Part shown: piece by piece, positions 48,801 through 61,817 of the stretch
Position numbering within the stretch: the stretch's first letter is position 1
Layout: each line of letters begins with the position of its first letter
Assembly: GCA_040954595.2 (NCBI GenBank)
Contig: CM082598.2
Coordinates: 5,719,097 to 5,783,096, forward strand
Direction: 5' to 3'
Source: Balanoglossus misakiensis
Taxonomy: Eukaryota; Animalia; Hemichordata
Length of the DNA: 64,000 nucleotides
Made by a program: the position numbers and the translations under genes
The notes under the pieces: generated by a model
Databases searched by the model: none
Seen by the model: only the letters and a program-made list of their open reading frames with translations
Told to the model about the DNA's origin: nothing

Positions 48801-51800
48801 GGATATGATGTCAATGCAAGGGGTGAATTATACGTGGACGACCTGTTTGCCGTAAGTGTTTATATTTGCCTTTTGTACCACAACAATAACACACGGATAA
48901 CTACACATATGAAACAGCAAAGAATTTGAACTCTACTATCAAAATTTTCAAGACTATCTCTGCATCATTTTTGGCCCATTATTGTACTCCCCATCGTCAA
49001 TCAAAGATTTATTTTAACTGCATATCTATGACTGCAGCTCACTGTAATGAAATTTCTAGAGGTTAATAGTCAAACGTCAAGTGCTTGACACATATGCAAA
49101 TTTTTAGTATCAGATTTGTGAATGTCATTTTTATTCTTCGTTCCAGGATTTAACAGCATTGCATGCAGCGTCCTGGAGAGGTGGATTGGATACTATGAGT
49201 GTGTTGATTTCCCATGGTTCAGATGTCAATGCTAAGACTGGGGTACATGAACTAACAAGTTATTACTTCATTATGGACAAAAAAATGGCTTCATGTGTAT
49301 TTACACAGTGATCTCTGGATAATTCTCTTATTGACATCATATGAACATTACAAAACATTAATTTTCTTTTTTAGCTGAATAATCACTTTTGTTGGAATAC
49401 CTTCTACAGGTTAATGCTAATCAACATTTATTTGTTTGTTTAAGGAAATTTCACCTTATATTTCAATTTTTGTGACATTGTTCTCATGCTCCTCCTTCAT
49501 TACGTACAGGATGGATACACCCCTTTGCACTTTGCAGCAGCACAGTATGGTGATGAAGGCCGTGTCAGATTGTTATTGGAACACAAAGCTGATGCTAACA
49601 TACAAAACAAAGTAAATACCAACCTGACTTCTACAGGTTTATTCTAATCTGATCGATATACAAACATTTGTTTGTGTCTTTGTTTGTTTGTTTTGTTTAA
49701 AGGAAACCTCACGTTACATTTGAACTTTTGTGACATTGTTCTCATGCTCCTCCTTTCATTACTTACAGGGTGGAGACACACCTTTGCACTATGCAGCAGC
49801 AAGGTATGGTGATGAAGGCCGTGTCAGATTGTTATTGAAACACAAGGCTGATGCTAACATTCAAAACATGGTAAATACCAACATGACTTCTACAGGTTTA
49901 TTGTAATCATCATACAAACATTTGTTTGTTTTGTTTATTTATTTAAGGAGACCTCACCTTGCTTTTCAATTTTTGTGACATTGTTCTCATGCTCCTCCTT
50001 CATTACTTACAGAATGGAGACACACCTTTGCACTTTGCAGCAGGGTTTGGTGATGAAGGCCGTGTCAAATTGTTATTGGAACACAAAGCTGATGTAACCA
50101 TACAAAACAAGGTAAATACCAACATGACTTCTACAGGTTTATTCTAATCAACATACAAACATTTGTTTGTTTGTTTTGTTTACTTATTTAAGGAGACCTC
50201 ACAGTACATTTCAATTTTTGTGACATTGTTCTCATGCTCCTCCTTCATTACTCACAGGGTGGAGACACACCTTTGCACTTTGCAGTAAGGTTTGGTGATG
50301 AAGGCCGTGTCGGATTGTTATTGGAACACAAAGCTGATGTAACCATACAAAACAAGGTAAATACCAACCTGACTTCTACAGGTTAATTCTAATCAACATA
50401 CAAACATTTGTTTGTTTGTTTTTATTTATTTAAGGAGACCTCACAGTACATTTGAATTTTTGTAACATTGTTCTCATGCTCCTCCTTCATTACTTACAGG
50501 ATGGAAACACACCTTTGCACTTTGCAGCAAGGTATGGTGATGAAGGCCGTGTAGGATTCTTATTGGGACACAAAGCTGATGTAACCATACAAAACAAGGT
50601 AAATACCAACCTGACTTCTACAGGTTAATTCTAATCAACATACAAACATTTGTTTGTTTGTTTTTATTTATTTAAGGAGACCTCACAGTACATTTGAATT
50701 TTTGTGACATTGTTCTCATGCTCCTCCTTCATTACTTACAGGATGGAAACACACCTTTGCACTTTGCAGCAAGGTATGGTGATGAAGGCCGTGTAGGATT
50801 GTTATTGGGACACAAAGCTGATGTAACCATACAAAACAAGGTAAATACCAACCTGACTTCTACAGGTTTATTCTAATCAACATACAAACATTTGTTTGTT
50901 TTTTGGTTATTTGTATGTTTAAGGAGACCTCACATTACATTTCAATTTTTGTGACATTGTTCTCATGCTCCTCCTTCATTACTTACAGGATGGAAACACA
51001 CCTTTGCACTTTGCAGCAAGGGATGGTGATGAAGGCCGTGTCAGATTGTTATTGGGACACAAAGCTGATGTAACCATACAAAACAAGGTAAATACCAACA
51101 TAACTTCTACAGGTTAATTCTAATCATCATACAAACATTTTTTTGTTTGTTTGTTTTGTTTATTTATTTCAGGAGACCTCACCTTGCATTTCAATTTTTG
51201 TGACATTGTTTTCATGCACCTCCTTTCATTACTTACAGGATGGAGACACACCTTTGCACTATGCAGCAGGGTGTGGTGATGAAGGCCGTGTCAGATTGTT
51301 ATTGGAACACAAAGCTGATGTGACCATACAAAACAAGGTAAATACCAACATGACTTCTACAGGTTAATTCTAATCATCATACAAACATTTGTTTGTTTGT
51401 TTGTTTTGTTTATTTATTTCAGGAGACCTCACGTTACATTTGAATTTTTGTGACATTGTTCTCATGCTCCTCCTTTCATTACTTACAGGTTGGAAACACA
51501 CCTTTGCACTTTGCAGCAAGGAATGGTGATGAAGGCCGTGTCAGATTGTTATTGGAACACAAAGCTGATGTGACCATACAAAACAAGGTAAATACCAACA
51601 TGACTTCTACAGGTTAATTCTAATCAACATACAAACATTTGTTTGTGTGTTTGTTTTGTTTATTTAAGGAAACCTCACATTACATTTGAATTTTTGTGAC
51701 ATTGTTCTCATGCTCCTCCTTCATTACTTACAGGATGGAGACACACCTTTGCACTTTGCAGCAAGGTATGGTGATGAAGGCCGTGTAGGATTGTTATTGG

Positions 51801-54800
51801 GACACAAAGCTGATGTAACCATTCAAAACAAGGTAAATACCAACCTGACTTCTACAGGTTAATTCTAATCATCATACAAACATTTGTTTGGTTATTTGTA
51901 TGTTAAAGGAGACCTCACATTACATTTGAATTGTTGTGACATTGTTCTCATGCTCCTCCTTCATTACTTACAGGATGGAGACACACCTTTGCACATTGCA
52001 GCAAGGTATGGTGATGAAGGCTGTGTCAGATTGTTATTGGAACACAAAGCTGGTGCTAACATACAAAACAAGGTAAATACCCACCTGACTTCTACAGGTT
52101 TATTCTAATCAACACACAAAAACTTGTTTATTTGTTTTGTTTATTTATTTAAGTCGACCTCACCTTGCATTTCAATTTTTATGACATTGTTCTCATGATC
52201 CTCCTTCATTACTTACAGAATGGAGACACACCTTTGCACTTTGCAGCAAGGAATGGTGATGAAGGCCGTGTCGGATTGTTATTGGAACACAAAGCTGATG
52301 TAACCATACAAAACAAGGTTAATACCTATACAGACACAAATAATTGTCTGTTTGTTTGTTTATTTTTATCTCTTTATTATTTTAACATAGCGAAACTCTT
52401 CATGAAATTGATGCTAATATACTGTAGAAATTGTTATTGGAACTCAAATCAAACTATTGATGTACCGGTATTTATAGTCAGTTTCATTCTACATTTCACG
52501 TTTGTTTTGAAGACATTTATGTAGGGATCGTTATTGTAAAGAAGATATGGTGACAGTTTTAGATTACTCTTTCAGTTCATCTTTCAACAAACTGAAACTT
52601 ATAAAGCCTATTTAGAGGAGATACCAACCACTATACCACTACAGTTTCCCTATAAGGCAACCACTACCACCCCCACCACTATTATATATGGTACTACCGT
52701 ACAGTTCTGTTTTGCAGCACCCAGTCCCTATCTTGCTGTATCTCTTACATGAAGTATCTGCTTTTGTTTTTTTTTGCACAGGATGGTGACACAGCACTCC
52801 ACATGGCAGCAATGGGCGACTCTTGGAGACAGGATTATGTTGTGAAACTGTTGCTGCAATATGGAGCTGATATTGACTGCAAAAATAAGGTACAATCTTC
52901 TATTGCTTATTTCAATATTTTTTTCCATTAAACTGATACCATGCGTTCGGATTAACTCCCATTTTTAAAGTTGAATCTTCACAACCATTGAATTTGAAAG
53001 TCAGTTTGTATGACTGTACAATTTTATCAAAATGTTTCAACAAAGCAGTATGAAGTTGATGCCATATATTCAGCATTATACGGTAGTACGTTCCCATTAT
53101 AGTTGTTGATAAATTGGAGTAGGGCATATACAAATTCTTCAATATCAAATGACGTCAGACGCGCTCAGGCACAGTCAGATTGTTATTGGAACACAAAGCT
53201 GATGCTAACATTCAAAACAAGGTAAATACCAACCTGACTTCTACAGGTTAATTCCAATCAACATACAAACTTTTGTTAACTCATTTAAGGAGACCTCAGT
53301 ACATTTGAATTTTTGTGACATTGTTCTCATGCTTCTCCTTCATCACTTACAGGATGGAGAAACACCTTTGCACAAGGCAGCAGCAAGGGTTGGTGATGAA
53401 GGCCGTGTCAGGTTGTTGTTGGAACACAAAGCTGATCCTAACATACAAAACAAGGTAAATACCAACCTGACTTCTATAGGGTATTGCTCATCAACATACA
53501 AACATTTGTTTGTGTACATGTGTTTGTTTGTTTAAAGGAAACCTCACATTACATTTGAATTTTTGTGACATTGTTCTCATGCTCCTCCTTCATCACTTAC
53601 AGGATGGAGACACACCTTTGCACAAGGCAGCAGCAGGGGATGGTGATGAAGGCCGTGTCAGATTGTTATTGGAACACAAAGCTGATGTTAACATACAAAA
53701 CAAGGTAAATACCTATACTGAATGATACAAATACATGACTGTTTGTTTGTTTATTTTAATCTCTTTATTTTTTTAATGTAGGTAAACTCTTCATGAAATT
53801 GATGCTAATATAGTGTAGAAATCTTTCATTACTAAAAGTATGGACACCTTTACAATGTGCAGCAATGAATACCATGTCAGATTGTTATTGAAACTCAAAT
53901 CAAACTTTGGATGTACCGGTATTCATAGTCAGTTTCATTCTACATATGTTTTTTTATTGAAGACATTTATGTAGAAATCGTTATTGTGAAGAAGATATGG
54001 TGACAGTTTTAGATTATTCTTTCAGTTCATCTTTCAACAAACTGAAACTAAAAGCCTACTTAGAGGAGATATGAACCACTACAGTTTCCTCATTTTGGAG
54101 TTTTGTTTTGCGTCCTTTGCAACCACCACCACCACCACTGTTATACCGGTATAAGTTGGTACTACAGGTATGTCCCTATCTTGCTGTATTTCTTACATGA
54201 AGTACATGTACTTGCTTTTGTTTCTTGGATAGGATGGCAACACAGCACTCCATGTGGCAGCAATGGATGACTATAGGAGGGATTATGGGAAAGTTGTGAA
54301 ACTGTTGCTGCAATATGGACCTGATATTGACTGCAAAAATAAGGTAGAATCTTCTATTGCTTATTGCAATACTGATACCATGCGTTCGGATTAACTCCCA
54401 TTTTTAAATTTGAATCTTCACAACCATTGAATTTGAAATTCAGTTTGTATGACTGTACAATTTTGAATTATCAGTTGGTAATACCAGTTTTAACAGTTAT
54501 TAATAATAGTATTAGCTTATCAATATCAACATCATAATTGATAGTTACTTCTATCCCAATAAAATTTAGACTGGAAAGACACCACTTAATGTCGCTGCAA
54601 ATAGGTCTGTTAAGAATGTGCTGTTGGATTACATTAGGGTGAGTGTAATTTTTCTTTTGTCATGAATTTGAATAATTTATAACCTGAAATCTGCAAATTT
54701 AAGAGTGTCCATAAATATCAATGTAATAATTTGTTACATGTATTTTCTGATTTCTTTATTTAACAAGAAACGAGATGAGTTCAATGACCTGAGTAAGGAA

Positions 54801-57800
54801 TCAGGTATGGAATGTGACACTTTTAAGTTGTTCTTCGCCGGAGATGGTGGAGTTGGTAAGACTACACTGTTGAAGTCACTTCAGAGGGTATGTTAGTATT
54901 TATTGTTTTGCGTAACAGTTCTAGTAATTAAGCCATAACATTTACATTGTAGTATGTATGGTGCTTATTAGAAACTACTACAGGTGCAAATATGGATAAT
55001 TTAATATACACATAGTTGATGAAATTTCATTGTTTTGTGCAGGTATGTAAGAGTACCTCAAACCTCAATCTGGGACCAGAAACTGGGACTCCCAGATGTC
55101 ACAAAATGCAGTCTGGGACCGGTCCCAGATTGAGGTTTGAGGTACTCTTACATACCTCTTTTGTGAAGATATTTTGTGCTGGCATTATGGAGTTCACAGG
55201 ATAAACAGTACTTCATAGCATTTGCATTTTTTGCAATCATTGTATGATATAGGGGTTGAGTTTATATTTCATTTGTTCTTTGTGTGTATTGATTACCCAT
55301 GGCCTTTGAAAAGGGAATATTGTAGTCATGCACACATTGCACAGCTATGCTTTTGTATACAAGCATATTGTGCACTTCAGTTTAGACGTTTGTACAATTT
55401 TATAATTCACAAGCAAGTACTGTAAAATGGGTTATTTTCGCGAGCAATAAATTTTCGTGAAATACGCGAGAGCCAAAAAAACGTGAACATAAAAGTCACG
55501 TAAAAATGTTTTTTCGGAGATTTGCCTCTTTTGATATCGCGAAAAAATTCCTGTCGTGAAAATAACCTGTTTTACAGTATGGTCATACACAAAGACAAAA
55601 AATAACTAGAAATTGTTTTCTTTCACTTTGCCTTATCAAAGAGTGAAGAAACAACTCTGGAATCTGAAGAAAGTGAACACATTCCCACACCTGGTATTGA
55701 TGTCCAAAGTGTTCATATTCCTGACGTAGGAAATGTCAGTGTTTGGGATTTTGCCGGCCAGGCTGAGTATTACGTCACTCATAACATGTTTCTGGGAGCA
55801 CCCAATGCTGTCTCCATATTGGTGTTCAAAGCTACAGACGAGAATGGTAAACTCAACACCTTTGAAGGTGTGTTCCCACAGGTAAGAATCTTCACAGTAA
55901 ATTAACTAAACATGCTTGAGACTGGAAATCCAATGAACGTATTTCATCATTTTCCATATCCAAGACAGAAGAAACTGACCATTCCCGAAATATCACACTT
56001 TTCTTGAATTATAATCTCATATTCACGATCCCTTTAAATTTGCCTCAAAATTAATATAATATTTGTTTAATTTATTTATACAAATATTCTCATTTGTAGA
56101 TTTTGTTTTGGTTGCGGTTTCTGAAAGGAACAACCCACATGGACAGGTATTCATTTGATAAGTCAGGTGAAGGCTATGAGAAACCAGTGGTGATATTGGT
56201 TGCAAGTCGAGCTGATCAGTTGAAGAGAATTGATATGGCTCTAGGTTGGTGTTGTCAGCTCAATCACATGCATATACTGTACAATTTCAAGCTTATTATT
56301 TAACATGTACTGGTACGTAACATGTGTTGATTAGTGAGAAGAACATGTATAGTTTTTGGACATGTCAAAGTTTGAAAAATAACAGCTATTATAATGTCCA
56401 TTTTAAGCACTAGCTAGCTGTCATTAAGGAAAAGATTCACAGCTGAACTGTATTCCTAACTTTCTACTTTTCTACTTTTTTGTAATTTCACAGCTCGTCA
56501 TATGCTAGACGAAGTTCTGACAAGAGCACAGGAAATGTTTCAAGATTATTTGGACATAGTGAATGCCATATTTCTGGTGAATTGCCGTGATTCTACAGAC
56601 AGTAAAATGAAGCAAGTCCGCGCCTGTTTACATCAGAAAAAAGTAATAATATTTTGCTGTTGTCAATATTGCCTCTGAATTGTTCTACCTTTATAAACAC
56701 ACAAACACTCTATACCATACAATTACAAGATTCAGTTTCATACCTGCTCCTTGAAAAAATGCAAAGACTCAAAGTGTTGGCAACATACTACCAATGTCCA
56801 TTGTATGTTTGCTAACCCTGCTTATAAGCACCACTTGCAAATGATTAGGTTACATATTTATCCAATTTTAGGAGCTGCCAACATGTGAACTGTTTCAAAA
56901 TGTAGCTTAATTGAAAGAAAATATGGTAACATAACATAGTCACATTTGACAAATATGTGATTACCTCCAGGCTCCTTGTGTTTTATTCATCACTTGTGAG
57001 ACTTGCTTGACAAGTTATGCTGTTATTTAATTTTTCTTGTTGTAATTTTTAGACAGTGAAAACACTTCCAAGCGTGTGTGCCAAGATAATGGAAAAGAAG
57101 AGGGAATTATATGATGACTTCCCAGCTCTTTATTGGACAGAATATGTGACAAGAATCAAAGAAATATACCCCACGATTGACGAAAGTTTCTTACAAAAAG
57201 CCACCAACTATCTGCATGACATCGGCCAGGTCAGTAACAAGAAACAACATCTTGCTCATCCATTCTCTTTCAGTACAGATACTAGGCAGAGTGAATGTGA
57301 TATTTCCATCAGTTACAAACTATTTTTCTCGTCAAAAATCTGCAAAGGCAAATATTATAATATATTATTGTCTCACTGTATGATTGTAATTGTTTGTGGT
57401 TTTGGATCCCCAATATTTCTTTAATCATAATAATATCACAAAATTACCAAAGATTATGTTAAGGTGACTTTAAGATTAAACTATTCAACTTGGCTGCCTG
57501 TAAATTGGCTTGTTGTGAGATTTTGAGGATGAACTAAACACATATGCATGTCAAAAATTTGTCCGATGATAATTGTTTAAACAATAATGTATGCCCCAAT
57601 ATGCAATAATTGACAAAAGCACATTATTACGGAGTAAATGCAATGATTTCTTTTGGCTAGGGTTGATATATCAATGAGCAGGATCATTATGGTATTGGAA
57701 TCAAATGGTTTAGATAATTCATTATCAGTGGCATACTGTAGTCCCCACTGGAGCAATAGAAATGAAATTATTGAAGTTCCAAATACAGTTGTTGTGTAAT

Positions 57801-59350
57801 TCAGTATTTAAGGATTGTGCCTTGCATACATTCATGTATCAAAATATTTCTTTTCTTGTGTACAGCTTTTGTTTGTGAAGAAGTCATCTTCGGAAAGAGA
57901 AGATGTCGTGGTATTGGATCCAAACTGGTTGTGTTACAGGATATTTGGACCAATGTTGGCCACCCCTTTATTTGCACAGTTCAGTTCCAGATTCAAGAGA
58001 GATTGCTTTCAGACGATGGATCAGATAGAAGATGTACTTGGTGACCGTGTAAACAGCAAACTTCTCATCGACCTTCTGGAAGATTTTGAGCTTCTCTGTC
58101 ATGCACATGGCCTCACAAAGACTGGAGAGAAACTTTTCGTCATACCAGGGCTTCAAGACGATGATATGCCCAAAGATGAATGGGAATTGAGCCACACAAA
58201 GACAATCTACCGTGGAATACGGTTTGAATGCCACGATGAAACAGATTCTTTCACAGCAGGCTTTTTCCCAAGATTACAAACCCGTCTATATAAGCGTTTC
58301 ACCAACCTTGGCCAACTGCCTGGTCGATTATGGAGAAATGGTATCAAAGTGTGCCATGATGTTGAAGGTCTTGTCTTTATGACCAATGGGAGAAGAGCAG
58401 TCAATGTCTGCGTACGAGTTGAAGACAAGAAGCTGCTTGGTGAGGGCTACAAACTTCTTGAGATGGTTTCCAAAGACATACATGATGTCTTCTCGATCGC
58501 ATGTCCAGGCAACAGGATGAATCAGCTTATCCTGAGTGCAGATTCTCTTGCAAACCACAGCAATGTAGAAAAAATACCATTTTACACTCTGGATGAAGTG
58601 TTTAGTGCTGAAGACATGAGGAGGAAAGTTAAAAACAAAGAAGTTGCTAAAGCAGAAGATGTTTGTGACCTGCTTTGTCAAGGTCATGACACAACGATCT
58701 TACGACATAAATGGAAACGCTGTGATATCAAATGGATGCTTCTAGAAACGAGAAGAAAACTGACCAGGAGAATGGACATTCAACGTGATCCTTCTCTGAG
58801 CTATGGGCGCATGGCAGATTTGATGGGCATTAAGTGCCAGGATACCATGGGATTTGAAGAGATTGCGGGTCGGGCAGGCAGACCAGTTACAGAGTATCTC
58901 TTTGAAGAGTGGTGTCGTATATGCGCAGAAAAGAAACGACTTCAACGGGAAAAAGACACCACAGAATTCCTGACCACTTCTCATGACACACATGATGTTG
59001 ATAGTGGTTTTGCAACGATGTCATCGTCATCTGAACAACCAGACTCAAGCGTCCAATTCCGACGAGGACAAGACACCACTACAGCTGCAGGTGCCAGAGC
59101 CATCTCATATGACATAGAGACCTCTGAAGGTCGTTCAGCCAAAATGTCACACTCATCAACATTGTCACCCCAACAAGATTCTGATGAAGAAGTGAATGCT
59201 GAGAAAACAAGACGGAAGTATCCACATTTAAAGGGACCTGTCTTCGAAAGCAACTTTGAGAATCTGTTGGCAATATTCAGCACCATGGGAAGAGACGATA
59301 TGGTCGGATTGATTGAAGAGATGTTCGAGAATTTGGAAGAACGCAGATAG
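45880..59350 (+). CDS. ANK-Roc-COR-death domain ROCO protein, copy 3 (~1531 aa if all exons are used)
   Basis: Exons 45880-45936; five 66-nt exons starting 47610, 47785, 47964, 48139, 48314; 48741-48851; 49147-49242; 12 ANK exons starting 49510, 49769, 50013, 50258, 50500, 50742, 50989, 51239, 51489, 51734, 51974, 52219; 52782-52889; 53353-53454; 53603-53704; 54233-54343; 54570-54638; 54768-54887; 55642-55881; 56100-56244; 56494-56642; 57053-57229; 57866-59350. Confidence 0.83.
46016..47124. mobile_element. 1.1-kb foldback element with long inverted arms in the first coding intron of ROCO copy 3
   Basis: CAGTCGCAT...ATGCGACTG termini; ~46032-46351 is the near-exact reverse complement of ~46800-47116; absent at ~20365. 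Confidence 0.85.
47590..48385 (+). repeat. Five tandem ~175-bp modules, each with a 66-nt phase-0 acidic exon
   Basis: ttcag|VHPTDSESDEGTTALQEYNDPQ|gtaagt-type module x5; single copy at 20856-20921. Confidence 0.9.
49460..53710 (+). repeat. Array of 12 ankyrin exon modules (49460-52325) plus a second mini-array (half exon + 2 exons, 53174-53710)
   Basis: Same module as units 1 and 2. Confidence 0.93.
55041..55157. repeat. Hairpin with 37-bp perfect inverted arms, unit 3 only (probable MITE)
   Basis: aggtatgtaagagtacctcaaacctcaatctgggacc / ggtcccagattgaggtttgaggtactcttacatacct. Confidence 0.8.
55420..55577. mobile_element. 158-bp Tc1/mariner-type MITE
   Basis: TA-CTGTAAAA...TTTTACAG-TA; a related degenerate element lies at ~13320-13512. 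Confidence 0.7.
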
Positions 59351-60085
59351 ACTGTCAAAAGATGAGCAGATAACGTGTGAAAACCAGAATTTGATTGCTT
59401 CAAATTCCACCCAGTAAACTAAAACCATGTGTATTCAATGGCTATAGAAATGTCAGGGGTAACTGAAACATGAATCTGATTTGGAAATATTATAGCCATG
59501 CACCCCTATCCGACAGTTCAGACTAGTTTTCTGATAGTGCAGACACCTAAATGGTAGGAAATGGTAAACTAATTTGTCTAAAAATGCAAAATAGCATTTT
59601 GGACAGCGGTACAATAAGAGAAAAAAAGATGTAAGACAAGCAATCATTCATTAGGTCAATGTGTATAACTTTATTGACATCAAAACCATGTCAAACAAGT
59701 CTTAAGAGATCAAAATGTATACTCGATGCTCTCAGGGTGAATGGAAATCTTGGGAGTCATCTATTCTGCTAAGGTCAATGTAATGTACAAGTAAATATTG
59801 CAAATATGTCTCTATTTCTGGTAAATGTGTTGTTGCAGTATTTACACATTACCCGTTCAATGTACGCTCAAGTCAACTTGTCATTTTTCACAAATGTCAT
59901 ATTTTTCTCCTAAAATTTTGAACAAGATCTTTAGATAATGGAAAATTGTGTCCTCTTGGTCTAGAATTAAAGGAAAAAAAAGCGGAAAATGTGTCAAAAT
60001 GATGAAAATGTTGCACCACATGTTGACAGGAAAATATGGCATCCAAAGGGTTACCAGCTTTGGATTTGAGTAAAGCTATAGATGG

Positions 60086-61817
60086 CTAGCTACAGTCTTT
60101 TTTTCTCTTGGTGCTTTGTACAGAACTTGGAAGCTGTTTCGCTGCGGTTGCTGTGTTGACACTGTCTTTTTGGTGGATTTTGGTGTGACGGTTCAAGTTG
60201 CTGGAATCACTGAAAGTTTTTCCACAGTAATGACACTGGTAAGGTCTTTCCTTGGAGTGAGTTCTCAGATGGGTGATTAGGCGATTGTTACAAGTGAATC
60301 CTTTACCGCACTCTTTGCATGCATAGGGTTTTGTGTTTGTGTGAATCCAGCTATGCTTTTGAAGAGACTGAGGTCTGGCGAATGCCTTGTCGCAGTCTGT
60401 GCAATTGTAGGGTTTGGTGTTTGAGTGCGTCACGCGGTGCTGCTGCAGGATCTGACTGGTGACGTAGCGCTTGCCGCAGTCGCTGCATTCGTACAGACGC
60501 TGGCCGGTGTGCTGCAGTAAGTGCACTTTCAGGGAAGACATTCGGTTGAACGCTTTTCCGCAGGCTTCGCACATAAACGGACGTTCCTTTGAGTGTGTCC
60601 CGTAGTGCTGTTGCAGGGTGTTCTTCTTGCGGAACGTTTTACCGCATTCTTCGCAGGCGTACGGCCGTTCGGTCGTGTGCGTCGCAGCATGCCGCTGCAG
60701 CTTGCCTTTCGTGTAGAAGCTCTTGCCGCAGTCTTTACACTCGTGTGCTCTCTTGTCAGTGTGGAAGCTTTGGTGTCCCTTGAGCGTGTACTATGTCGGA
60801 ACCGCTTACCACAGTCTTTGCATTCATGTGCTCTCTTGCCGGTGTGGAAGCTCTGGTGTCCCTTGAGCGTGTAGCTATGTCGGAACCGCTTACCGCAGTA
60901 CGTGCATTGGAACCGTTTCTTGTTTGAGTGAACCGACAGATGCGACTTGAGTCCCTGTTTTGTGAAGAAGGCGTTACCGCACTCCTCACATTGATGTCGT
61001 CTCTCTCTGTTGTTCGAGTGAATCTCCTGGTGAGCCTTGAGTGTGTAATGCCTCGTGAATGTTTTGCCGCACACTTTGCATTGATTCCTGTCTCTGTCGA
61101 CGAGAACATTGTCAGTCTCGAGTTGTGGGATTGAATCGCCTGTATCCTTGGAAACGTGACCATGCAGAGCAAGACAGTGGACGATGAGATGAATATCTGT
61201 TGAAACAACAAGAAGTATTGGTCGTTAGAAAACAAATGGAAATACTGGGACTGTAAATATACTTGTAACAATGTTTAACCCTCTCACCACCATGGTTAGG
61301 TCCAAACCCAGTGATTTCTAAGGTAAGGATGGACCTCTGCACAAGGAAGTGGGGGTGATAGGGCAACTTCTTACAGGCTGTGTGGAATTTACATATGCAT
61401 TAATTGACCTGTCTGCAGCTATCTGTCTATCATGGAGAGTTTAGGAAAGTCTTGTATTGACTGACATACATACCATTTTTTGACAAATTTTCTTGCTGAA
61501 ATCTCTGTTTGAATTCCTGAGTACACCTTTCAATGACTTCACCAAACACAGTCAGATGATCATACACATTTTCAAATGTCTTCTCGTGTTCTGGAATTAG
61601 AAATAATATATAATGTCAAAACTGAGAACATGTATATTCATACTTGACACCATTTTAGGTGAGCTAGCTCTCAACTTTCCACAGTAACTTTCGCTTATTT
61701 TGCAGAGGCGTGGCATTGCTTACCCACATTGTTGCCAGGGGCAACGAGCGAGGTGACGCTGACGTCACACGAATTTGCAGCACTACTCAAAGCAATCGGG
61801 AAAGGTTCGGAATTCAT
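60086..61817 (-). pseudogene. C2H2 zinc-finger gene copy 3, only 2 repeat fingers, 1-bp frameshift
   Basis: Exons 61817-61724, 61590-61474, 61196-60086; cgtgta|ctatg at 60790/60791 lacks the G present in all other repeat units. Confidence 0.8.

Noticed and set aside
930-53704. DGR-like pattern: variable ANK codons are mostly NNT/NNC, as if derived from AAY by adenine mutagenesis
   Set aside because: No reverse transcriptase or invariant template repeat in the window; many adenines in the exons are invariant; exceptions exist (TGG, AAG, GAA). Selection for amino-acid change at codon positions 1-2 explains the pattern
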